NCBI GenBank assembly: GCA_964016885.1
Contig: OZ024744.1
Location: forward strand, 118,668,001 to 118,732,000
DNA from: Eledone cirrhosa
Taxonomy: Eukaryota
Direction of reading: 5' to 3'
DNA: 64,000 bases
Below the pieces are notes generated by a model. The model was given only the letters and a program-made list of their open reading frames with translations, was not told where the DNA came from and ran no database searches. A program made the position numbers and the translations under genes. This document shows positions 36,711-48,599 of this stretch, one piece after another (position 1 is the first letter of the stretch; every line of letters begins with the position of its first letter).

Positions 36711-38160
36711 ATAGGGCAGGTCTTTGGTAAAACTGCATAGCACCAGAGGTCGCGGTCCTGTGTCATTGCCTTAGTGAGGTGTAATTGTGCAAGGTCAGCT
36801 TTTATTACCTCATCCCAAGTCTTCCTAGGCCTGTCCACACCACGGCTACCATCAACTTTGAGCACTCTGCACCTTATTATACAGCTGTCATCCTTCATAC
36901 ACATCACATGTCCATACCAATGCAATCTCCTCTCCTACATGCAACAACTGATCCCTCAAACACACTTCTCCCCACTGATATCACAATTTTCTCTGACACA
37001 CTGTCTAGCGATCCTGAACACCTCACATCTCTGATCCTCATGCTGCAAAACAGGCTTAAATTTTTCGTTTTCTGCTTCCCTTCTAGCAAGGTAAACTTAT
37101 CACCTATCTTCTCTCCTAGCCTTCTGGTAAACTTCCTTGCTATCCTCATTACACCAATCTATCCACGCCTGACTTTTGGCCTTAATTATCTCATCTACTT
37201 TACTATTCCACAACCAAGTCACTCTCCTTCTCCCAAGAGACCTATGCCACCTACAGGTTTTATCAGTCACCTTCAGTAGGTTATCTTTCAAGAACACCCA
37301 CTGCTCCTCTATATCGTAAGTCTCTATTTGCTCTTCCTTGCTGTCGAAGGCGTTGGTCAACATACTTCTAAAATTGTTACTGTTTGATGGGTCTTTAAAC
37401 TCCAGATTGGTTGCCATTGCTGGGTTTTTCTAGCCCTGGACTGTAAGGTTGCTAACTACTAAGTTATGTTGGGAGGTGCATTCTCCACTGGGGAGGGACT
37501 TTGTGTTCTTAACAGCCACTCTGTCTTGTCTTTTAGTAACAATGAAATCAATTTGACTGGCAATGTCACCTGATATATATGTGATTAGGTGGCTGTCTCA
37601 TTTTCTGAAGTTTGTGTTACAGATAGATAGGTCATTGGCATCACAGAATTCCAGTAGTCTGAAGCCTTCCTAGTTTCTAGGACCGTACCCGTAACCCCTG
37701 TGGATCCCAGCAAAGCCAACGGAGAGTTATACCACATGCCCGTTGAAGTTGCCTGCAATGAGTATGAAGTCGTTGTCATTAATTTGGGAGGTAGTGAGCA
37801 TTAGGGACTCATAGAACCTGTCTTTTTGTATGTCTGGAAGTCCAGATTGAGGAGCGTAGGCAGATATAATTGTCATGGTTGTTCTGTTCAGTACATGTCT
37901 AAGTTTAATTATTCTGTCATTTACTCTATTTACAGCAATAACTTTGTTTACCCACCTTTCTGCTTCCAAAATCCCTACTCCACCCAGCCCATCCTCATTT
38001 CCCATCCAGAAAAATTTGCAGCATTTTTTCTTGTCTACGAGGAATCTAGCAGACATACCTCTCCATCTAGTCTCTTGAACACAGCATTCGTTCAAGCATC
38101 TCTACAATCTCTCCAGATCTACCTTTCATGTTGTCAAAACTGATGATGCCAAGTTTGAAG
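36711..38160 (-). mobile_element. Internally deleted RTE LINE (APE and linker fused to the C-terminus, RT missing)
   Basis: CCVQETRW, ISAYAPQSG, AGNFNGHV APE motifs; linker ending GEKCV joins directly at ~36958 to RRLHWYGHV...RPRKTWDEVI. Confidence 0.85.
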
Positions 38161-39334
38161 TTATGGAGTTCGGGGGGGGGGGGGGGGGGGAATGGGAACT
38201 TGGTGGTGGTAGTGGTGGTTTTCCAAGTTTGAAATAAAGAAGAACGATTGCGTAATTGTCCAGAGGTGGTTGGTGGGTTCATATTTGTCAATTAGCAATG
38301 CCCCAACTTAGTAATCCAATATATACAGTGTTGCTCAGTTCTCTGAAGACATCGGCATAAGTTTAGTTAAAGATGTATAAGTCATGAAAGAATAGCTTTA
38401 TTTTGAGAAACAATTGACATGAATAATCTTGAAACCCTTCTTAGCACATCTTCTCAGTGAATTCACCATTAGCATTGAAAACTGCTTCAATACAAGGTCT
38501 GAAATGTTGATTAGCCTGAAAGAGATGATTATTTTGGACATCGTGCTGGTTATGGAAGGCTTCAGAGATTTTATAGTGTTATGGGGGTGTTGATTCACTT
38601 CCCTCTCAACTGAGTGGAACAGATTCAGGGCTGACATGATTCTGGAGATTCTAACCCATCCATTCCAGGCCTTATGAGATGACACAGTCTTGTTTGTAGA
38701 CGTACAGCATTTTTTCTTAACTCACCCTCTCTATCCAAGGCATCAAAACCATCCCCTACACCTAGTCAGCAGTATTGACCCTTAAGCCTTAAGGAAAGAA
38801 GTAAGGAGGCACAACATCTCCCTCATTGCTCCCAACTCTTAGAACCATCACAGTTAATGGAAACTTTGTGTGACAAGTGGAACATGTTTGGGGTTTCTGC
38901 ACACCATTCCTTCGGTTTACCTTTTGGTCAAAGTTTTTCTCATCAGAGAAAAACCAAGGCATTCCTAGCTTTTAATGTTCCAACTTGCTCAACAAGTACT
39001 TTCTGGCGTTTTTTTCCAAACTGATCACACCGAGCGCAAGCATGCCAGCCTTTTTCTAACCACCTCTCATGGTTCAGGATTGTACCTCGTTGTGAAACGG
39101 GGATATTTGTTTACCACATTTATAACATGGACTACATTAAAAATGCAAGTTAATTTTGATATTCATTTGAGAAACTTGTCACTTCTTCAATCATTATTTT
39201 TGTAGTGAGAGATAATTCTCACACGGCATGATGTTGTATGAAAATTCTCCTATCTCATGTTTCTATTAAATTTAGTAGTTGGGATCTGGTGGTACTTACT
39301 GGAGTAAGTAACCCTGGGACTAGCTCACTAAATG

Positions 39335-40349
39335 TCCACAGGATACTAGCTCCTTCTATTGCCCAGATGGTTCTATAGAAATAGTGGACACTTTCCGTTA
39401 CCTGGGTGACAAAATCAGCAGTGGGGCAGGGTGCTCTGAAAGTACAGTAGCCAGAGTCAGAACGGGATGGAAAAAGTTCAGAGAGCTTATACCACTATTG
39501 GCCGCTAAAGGTTTCTCTCTAAAAATGAAAGGCCGATTGTATGATGCCTGCATACGAACAGCAATGCTACATGGCAGTGAGACATGGACATTGTGTGCAG
39601 AGGACCTGCGCAGACTGGAAAGGAATGAAGCATCCAGGCTCCGTTGGATGTGTAATAGTAATATACACGAACAGCAAAACATGAACAAACTGAGAAATTA
39701 GGAATAAGAGGGATCAGATGCTGTTTACTTGAGAGAAGTCTACGTTGGTATGGTCATGTGATGCGCATGAAAGACGACAGCTGTATAAAATATTGCAGGG
39801 TGATCAAAATTGATGGAAGTTACGGAGTAGGCAGACCCAGAAAAACCTGGGATGATTTGATAAATTCCGACCTTACACACTTGCACCTCTCTAAGACAAT
39901 GTCACAGGACCGAGATCTTTGGTGCCATGCAGTAATACAGAAGACCCGCCTTGCCTAAGTACAAAGCGAAACCTACAGTCAGTAGGCACCTCTTAACCAA
40001 ATATACACCGCAACTCACTACCCCTACTCCACCCTTCCACTCCCACCAACTCCACCCTCTCTCTGTAAAGTTATGTTGGTACCACAACATCCAGTCCAAA
40101 CTAACGAGGTCGTGTAGGTGTCACAACAAAAAACACACAGTCCACGCTGTAATGTGGCAGTGTAGGTAACACAGTAAAAAGCACCAGTCCACACTGTAAA
40201 TGTGGTTGGTGTTAGGAAGGGCATCCAGCCATAGAAAACCTGCCAGATAGTCCTATATGAGCGAGACACGGTCACCCGATCAATCTTGCCTCAAGTGGGA
40301 CAACTCCCATCTAACCCATGCTAGCGTGGAAGATAGACGTTAAATGATA
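39335..40349 (+). mobile_element. 5'-truncated RTE LINE (subfamily B)
   Basis: ORFs 39384-39701 and 39758-39958; subfamily B 3' UTR. Confidence 0.92.
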
Positions 40350-40351
40350 AT

Positions 40352-40625
40352 ATCTATTTCTCTTCAACTAGTGTGACTCTCTTTAATATTACACCAAAAC
40401 ACATTCAAACAGAAACAGACCCCCATCAAGTTCAAGAAAACTTTGAACAAATTCCTTCAAGATCTCCCGTATACACCCCCTACACACGGATATGCCTCCG
40501 TAAACAATAACTCTCTACTTGAGTGGGTTATGGTGTCCAAATCCTGATTGGAAAGACTTTTCCAGGTGGTGCTGTTAAATTAGACATGGCCTGGGCCAAT
40601 ACTGGCCGAAGCCTATCAAAGTTAT
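40352..40625 (+). mobile_element. CR1-like LINE 3' end
   Basis: Translates as LFNITPKHI...FKKTLNKFLQDLPYTPPTHGYASVNNNSLLEW, matching the CR1-group C-terminal FKxxLDxFL...P...GY...NSL pattern. Confidence 0.55.
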
Positions 40626-40631
40626 GTATAT

Positions 40632-43600
40632 ATCATCATCATCATCATCATCATTTTACATCTGCTTTTACCTGCTTGCAAGGGTGGGACGGGTCCTCTT
40701 CAGCATCTCTCCATTCATCGTCATCTCTATGAGTTTCAGTGATCTGAGGTCTGCTCTCACCACCTCCGCCCATGTTTTTCGTGGTCTTCCTTCCACTGGG
40801 ATTTCTTGGCATTTCTTTACTCAGCAGTCATCCTCCATGTGCCTCACATCGCCATACCATTGCAGTCTTCTCTCGTCTTATAAACAGTTTCTCTCTCAAC
40901 ACATCCATGCTTGGTCATTCACGCACATTGACATTGCACATCCAACGGAGCATGATGCTTCATTTCTCTCCAGCCGTCGCATATCCTCTGCAGTTGCTGC
41001 CCATGTCTCACAACCATGCAGCATCGCGCATCTCACACAGGCATCATATAACTGGCCTTTCGTTCATAGGGAGAAACCCTTCTTTGTCAACAGAGGAAGG
41101 AGCTCCCTAAACTTCTTCCAACCTGTCCTTATCCAAGATACTCTCCTCCCATGCTAATCTGATCACCTAGGTATCGGAAGCTATCAACCACCTCTGTAAA
41201 TCCTAGCTGCATTTGAAAAATGTGTCTATCAGTGCGACTTTTACTGTCTAATTTCCCTGTACATCTACTGCATATGTATTTCTCCCTAGCTGTTAGTTTC
41301 GCTGCTATCCCACTACATCTCATGTGTACCCAAGATCTGCGTTGTGTACATTTTATAGAATTTATGGCAACTCTTTTCTACATATCAAACATGGCCATTT
41401 CCCTGATGTAATCAGAGTTTTGTCCTCTTTTCTACTTATCAATACTTTAGTCTTAGCTAGGTTCACTCTAAGTCCTCTTGCTTCCAACAGCTGTTTCCAT
41501 AGCCAGAATTTATTCTCTAGCTCCTCTACTGATTCTGTTATAAGAGCCAGATCATCAGCATAGAGAAGTTCCTATGGGCAGCCAATCTTAAACTCCTCCG
41601 TTATGGCTTGCAGGACTATAATGAACAAGAGTGGGCTGAGGACAGAACCCTGATGTACTCCTCCTTGTATCTGGAATTCCTCACTAAACTCCATTCCTAC
41701 CTTGACTTTACTGACAGCACCTCTGTACAAAGTTTGCACTGTCCTCACAAGCCATTCCTCAACACCTATTTTCCTTAGGGACCACCAGATGACAGATCGG
41801 GGTACCCTATCAAAGGCCTTCTCTAGGTCAACATAGTGGCTTATTCTTCTCTAAGAACCTCTCTTGCAATTGTCTCACCAAGAAGAGGGCATCTGTTGTA
41901 CTCTTCCCAGGCACAAAACCAAACTGCATCTCATCTAGTTTGACCCTTTCTCTAATTAGTTGTGCTAATATCCTTTCTGCCACTTTCATAACCTGATCCA
42001 TCAGTTTTATACCCCTATAATTGCTCCTCTCCAGAGCATCCCCTTTACCTTTGTAGCAATTTATGAGAATACTGCTGCACCAGTCTTTGGGTATGACACC
42101 ACCATATATAGCCTGATTGATGATGCGTGCAACCAGTTTAGTGCCTACGTCTCCTGATGCCTTCAGCATCTCAGCAACTATCCCCAATGGTCCAGCAGCC
42201 TTACCATTTTTCATTTCCTTAATCACTTCTTGGACCCTATATTCATCAATCTCAATAGCTGGTCCCTCTGTTGGATCTACTGAGGGTAATTTTTCTCTCT
42301 CCCATTCATTCTCCACATTCATCACTCTCTCATAATGACATTTCCAGGCCTCCTTTTTCTGATCATTCGTGACACTAAGTACGCCGGCATCATTCCGGAC
42401 ACATTTATCTCCAACATCCTGATTTGCATTGACACACTGCCTTGCAATGTGGAACACTGCACGCCTCTGATCTTCCCATCGCAGAACATTGGCAAACTTC
42501 CTACTCTCAGCCTCCCTGCGTGCTAAGTACACCTGACGTCTAGCTTCTCTCTTAGTGGCTGTATATCCTTCTCTACTCCCACCCTTTTTCCAAGCCTTCC
42601 ATGCTAGTCTTTTGTATCTAATGGCTCTATCTACTGTGCTGTTCCACCACCAGGTTACTCTCTGTCTGGTTGGAGCTCCAGCCACAAGTTTCATCAGTAG
42701 CCTGCAGTAAGTTGTCACGTAAGAAATTCCAGTTATTATCTATGTCATACGACTCTAAATCATCTTCTTTTTCGTCATATACATCTTGAAGGGCTTTCCT
42801 AAATTTGTATTTTAGTGAAAGGTCTTTTAGCTTCCAGACCTTTCTTCTCCACACCTTCCTGTATGTCTCATTCCATCTCTTGCTTACTGAGATATCACTA
42901 ACGACTAACCTATGCTGTGGGGTACATTCTACCCCAGGGTATGCCTTGGTATTAGACACTATCTGCCTGTCCCGCTGCCTAACTAGTAAGAAGTCAATCT
43001 GGCTGATGTGCTCGCCAGATTTGTAGGTTATTAGGTGGTTGGCAGGTTTCTGGAAGTTAGTGTTGCAAATAATCAGTGTACTTGCATCACAAAATTCAAG
43101 AAGTCACACTCCTTCTTCATTTCTTGAGCTGTAACTGTGCCCACCATGTACCCCAGTGTAATCATCCTGGAGCTGTCCCCTTCTAGCATAACTAATCTTA
43201 ATTATTCTATTACTAACTCTAACTACTTCTATTGTCTTATCGATCCATCTCTCAGCCAGTAAAAGGCTTACCCCACCTAACCCATCATCATTACCCACCC
43301 AGAAAAGCTTATAACTAAGCTGTTTGCCTGTGATTAGTCTTGCTGAGACACCACTCCATCTCACCTCTTGCACACAGCACACATCCACATGCCTTCACTC
43401 TAGCATCTCCACTATCTCACTAGATCTACCTGTTAGAGTGCCAACATTAAGTGTGGCAACTCTGAGATGTGTCATCTTTCGTTGTTTCTTCCATTTTCTC
43501 TGCAAAGAAAATTATTTAGAATCATTATCATCATTATTATTATTGTTGTTATGCGATTGCTTGATGACAGTCGGGGGGTTCTCACACATGGCCGCACCAG

Positions 43601-43890
43601 CCACCCCACCACCGTGTGCAGCCATCACATTGTTAGTGTTATTGTTGTTTACACAGTTTTTGCTGCATTTGTATGTTGTGCTCATAATTGTTTTGGCATT
43701 AATATACTTATTGGATGCCCTTCCTAACACCAGCACCACTTTACAGCATGGACTGGGTGCTTTTATTGTGCCACCAGCACTAGAGAGGTTGTCTTACTGG
43801 ACTTCTCCACCCCACACCAATTTATTCGGAGTGGTAGCTCTCCTAGACAGGTTGCCTACACTACCACTTACGGAGCCTCTGTCTACCTAA
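40632..43890 (-). mobile_element. Near full-length decayed RTE LINE (subfamily C) including 5' UTR
   Basis: APE VATLNVG and CCVQEVRW; RT YKGKGDALERSNYRGIKL and MQFGFVPGKST (ORF 41828-42718); PHD remnant at ~41255-41400; (GAT)n tail at ~40632-40655. Confidence 0.93.
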
Positions 43891-44258
43891 TTACTATATA
43901 CCTTTACAAACATTTTTAACAATTACGTACATATAGACACACATATATATTTAAAAAATCTACGAAACTAAAATTAAAGACTTATCTGTATGCAGTCATA
44001 ACTCAACTGAGAGAGATCATTTAAAAACCGTTTTTCAGGTTTCAGCGTTTACAAGCATTTTTAACTCAACCTTTCTAAACCCTTTGTATATGTACATACA
44101 TATATATATATACCTTTACAAACATTTTAAACATGTATGTACATATAGACACATACAGAACACACACACATATAATATAATACAATATATATATAACATA
44201 AAAAAAAACTACAGAATTGAAATTAAAGACTTATTATATAATATTATTTATGTTCATA

Positions 44259-44447
44259 AGGGCAGTGGATTGGCAGTATCGGTAGAGGGTCGGACGCCAT
44301 GCTTTGACGCATAGAGTTATAGCCTTTGCCATTCTGAGTACAAATCCCGCTAAGGTTAACTTTACCTTTCATCCTTTTGGGGGTCGAAAAAATAAAGTAC
44401 CAGTAATACATTGTGTAATTGCTGGCCTTGTGCCAAAAGTAGAAACA
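44259..44447 (+). mobile_element. Meta/Nin-type tRNA-SINE with 16-bp target site duplication
   Basis: TSD ATTATTTATGTTCATA at 44243-44258 and 44448-44463; CCTTTCATCCTTTTGGGGGTCGAAAAAATAAAGTACCAG domain. Confidence 0.88.
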
Positions 44448-44449
44448 AT

Positions 44450-44632
44450 TATTTATGTTCATATGTGGAAGAAAGGCCCAAATTTGACCATATCTCCAGA
44501 ATACAAGTGACATCAAAATAGTGACCTTTCTTCAGGCACTTATATAAGTTTATCGTACTGATGCTTGTTGTATTGTGGAGGTATGGTCAAATTCGGGCCT
44601 TGAAACCTTGGTTCCATCTATGAACATAAATA
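44450..44632. mobile_element. Foldback MITE
   Basis: TTTATGTTCATA...AAGGCCCAAATTTGACCATATCTCCA mirrored by TGGAGGTATGGTCAAATTCGGGCCTT...TATGAACATAAA. Confidence 0.7.
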
Positions 44633-45661
44633 AATAATATATGTCTGCTCCCGATTCAACACTGTTTTTCTTTTCACATCTCTGGATTTTGCTAGATATA
44701 GAGAGGAAGTGTAAAAATGTTGTTACTTTGGAGACATGTTTAATGGAGAGGATGGATCAGACTCAGTAGCACTATCTAGAGTTGTGAATGGCAGATAGAT
44801 TGATCCCACTACTTCATGCAACTTTATTTTATCAACACCCTCTTGTTCATTTTTCAGTTCTTCTAATGTTGGACATTCTATTTTCATCTAATTTGATGTA
44901 AACCTATTGTATTATCTCTCTCTCTCTCTCTCTAATATATATATATACACCCACACCTACATGTTACAGGGAGACCTATTATCTCTCTCTCTCTAATATA
45001 TATATACACCCACACCTACATGTTACAGGGAGACCTATTATCTCTCTCTAATATATATATACACCCATGCCTACATGTTACAGGGAGACCTATTATCTCT
45101 CTCTAATATATATATATACACCCACACCTACATGTTACAGGGAGACCTATTATCTCTCTCTCTCTAATATATATATACACCCACACATACATGTTACAGG
45201 GAGACCTATTATATCTCTCTCTCTAATATATATATACACCCACGCCTACATGTTACAGGGAGACCTATTATATCTCTCTCTCTAATATATATATACACCC
45301 ACGCCTACATGTTACAGGGAGACCTATTATATCTCTCTCTCTAATATATATACACCCACACCTACATGTTACAGGGAGACCTATTATATCTCTCTCTCTA
45401 ATATATATATATACACCCACGCCTACATGTTACAGGGAGACCTATTATATCTCTCTCTCTAATATATATATACACCCACACCTACATGTTACAAGGAGAC
45501 CTATTATATCTCTCTCTCTAATATATATACACCCACACCTACATGTTACAGGGAGACCTATTATATCTCTCTCTCTAATATATATATATATATATACACC
45601 CACGCCTACATGTTACAGGGAGACCTATTATATCTCTCTCTCTAATATATATATATATATA

Positions 45662-46428
45662 TTGCTAGCGGCAAAAGGCTTCTCCCTCAAAATGAAAGGC
45701 AGACTGTATGATGCGTGTATACGAACAGCAATGTTACATGGTAGTGAGACCTGGGCGCTGAAGGTGGAAGACTTACGTAGATTAGAAAGAAACGAAGCCT
45801 GCACGCTCCGATGGATGTGTAATAGTAATATATGCGAACGACAAAGCATAAATGAATTGAGAGAGAGACTGAGCATAAGAGGAATCAAATGCTGTGTGCA
45901 GGAGAGGTGGTTGTGTTGGTATGGACATGTGATGCGTATGAAGGATGACAGCTGCATAAAAAGGTGCAGAGCACTAGAAGTCAATGGAAACCGTGGAGTG
46001 GGAAGACCCAAGAAGACCTGGAATGAGGTGATAAAAGCCGACCTTACCCAATTACACCTCTCAAAGGCAATGACACACGACCGTGACCTCTGGCGTCACG
46101 CAGTAATACAGAGTACCCGACCTCCCATGGGTACAAGCTAAAGCATATAGACAATATGCCCCCACTGCAAAGTGGTCGTGGAGGTGCCACAGCCAAAAAG
46201 CACCCAGCCCACACTGTAAAGTGGATGTGTAGGTACCACGGAAAAAAGCACCCAGCACTCACTGTAAATGAGGTTGGTGTTAGGAAGGGCATCCAGCTGT
46301 AGAAATCAAGCCAAAATCAGTTCCTGTATGAGCAAGGCATGGTCAGCCAACCAGACACTGCCCACAACAGGACAACCCGTCTAACCCATGCTAGCATGGA
46401 AGAACGGACGTAAAACGGTGATAATGAT
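45662..46428 (+). mobile_element. 5'-truncated RTE LINE (subfamily A)
   Basis: ORF 45662-46141 nearly identical to 3298-3777; same 3' UTR. Confidence 0.93.
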
Positions 46429-46640
46429 ATACCCATACCTAGATGTTACAGGAAGACCTATTATCTCTCTCTCTAATATATATATACACCGACACCTACA
46501 CGTTACAGGGAGACCTATTATCTCTCTCTCTCTCTCATATATATACACCCACACCTACAGGGAGACCTATTATATCTCTCTCTAATATATATACACCCAC
46601 ATGATACAGGGAGACCTATTATCTCTCTCTCTCTAATATA

Positions 46641-47697
46641 CAGGGTGTGGACGATATTTGTTCGCAATTTTCAACTGCTAATTTTATGCAAATTGTTTTT
46701 CCTTCCGTTGTCACTCTTGTCTTCATAAAAACAGTGACTATATTTCCATTATTTATTTTCAGAATAATTGATTATGAATAATTTTGAACCTCCAAATTTG
46801 TGGAAGAGACAGAGTTCTTGGAATCCGCGCCAGGAGGACAAATAAAACCAGAAGATCAACTCCCAGAACAACAGGTGGCTTGCTGTCTCACCCAAAGACG
46901 TGCCCAGAGTCATGCAGACAAAGTTTCCAGCGACAACATTGGTCTTAGGTGTTGTCAGCAGTCAAGGTGACGTCATGCCACCTCACTTCTTCCCTGAGGG
47001 CCTCAAGCTGAAAACCGATGGCTATATCCGAGTTCTGAACGAGTAAAGCCCTGGATCGACCAGGTAGGTCGTATGTGTGGCAGCAAGACTCAGCGCCCTG
47101 CCATATCAGCTGAAACACCCAAGCCTGGCTGTCAGAGAACTTCGTCGACCACACTTCACCTGACTGCAACCCCCTCGACTTCTTTGTGTGGGGCGCAGTG
47201 GAACGAGACACCAACAGATCTAGCTGCAATATGAAAGATGATCTGAAGACCAGGATCACAAGTGCCTTTAGGGGCCTAAGTTGGGGGACAGTGACGAAGG
47301 CCTGTAGCCGGTTCCGAGGCCGTCATTAAAGCCAATGGCGGGTTTATCGAGTGAGATCGAAAGAACAAGTCATGAAGACAAACTGACCCAAGTTTGATAA
47401 ATATATCTTAACCCTTTAGCATTGACATTACTCTATATATACTAATATATTTTCATGGTAAAGGCTTTACCTTGCATAATTATCTCACATAATATCGAAT
47501 CTATGAGATTTTGAAAGTATTTATTTTGAGAACAATACCTTAACATCAGTTTGAGTGACCAGTTACAGCCAGTTTCAACAGAAAAAGGTAGAGAATTCTG
47601 GTCGGTTATGGCCGGTTTGAACATTAAAGGGTTAAAAAATAAAACTGTTATTTTTTCCTAGACAGTAATCTTGCGAACAAATATCGTCCGCACCCTG
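46641..47697 (+). mobile_element. Tc1/mariner-superfamily DNA transposon (maT/DD37D-like), decayed transposase
   Basis: 27-bp TIRs CAGGGTGYGGACGATATTTGTTCGCAA, TA TSD on both sides; transposase remnants QNNRW, GDVMPPHFF, WQQDSAPCH, CNPLDFFVWG. Confidence 0.93.
47412..47631. mobile_element. piggyBac-type MITE nested in the mariner
   Basis: TTAA|CCCTTTAGCATT...ACATTAAAGGG|TTAA; 220 bp, non-coding. Confidence 0.85.
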
Positions 47698-48599
47698 TAT
47701 ATATATCCACACCAACATGTTACAGGGAGACCTATTATCTCTCTCTAATATATATATACACCCACACCTACATGTTACAGGGAGACCTATTATCTCTCTC
47801 TAATATATATATACACCCACACCTACATGTTACAGGGAGACCTATTATCTCTCTCTCTCTAATATATATATACACCCACACCTACATGTTACAGGGAGAC
47901 CTATTATATCTCTCTCTAATATATATATACACCCACGCCTACATGTTACAGGGAGACCTATTATATCTCTCTCTCTAATATATATATATACACCCACGCC
48001 TACATGTTACAGGGAGACCTATTATATCTCTCTCTCTAATATATATATATACACCCACGCCTACATGTTACAGGGAGACCTATTATCTCTCTTTCTAATA
48101 TATATATACACCCACGCCTACATGTTACAGGGAGACCTATTATATCTCTCTCTCTAATATATATATATACACCCACGCCTACATGTTACAGGGAGACCTA
48201 TTATCTCTCTTTCTAATATATATATACACCCACGCCTACATGTTACAGGGAGACCTATTATATCTCTCTCTCTAATATATATATATATATACACCCACAC
48301 CTACATGTTACAGGGAGACCTATTATATCTCTCTCTCTAATATATATATATACACCCACATGTTACAGGAAAACCTATTATATCTCTCTCTAATATATAT
48401 ATATACACCCAGGGAGACCTATTATCTCTCTCTCTCTAATATATATATATATACACCCACACCTACATGTTACAAGGAGACCTATTATCTCTCTCTCTCT
48501 AATATATATATATATACACCCACACCTACATGTTACAGGGCGACCTATTATATACATATTCCATAATCACATGATTCATATCTTTGATGTGAAAATGCT

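Larger units (their letters stand above)
44902..48552. repeat. ~60-bp minisatellite with variable (CT)n and (AT)n tracts, interrupted by an RTE and a Tc1/mariner
   Basis: Unit ACACCCACACCTACATGTTACAGGGAGACCTATTAT(CT)nA(AT)n. Confidence 0.96.
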
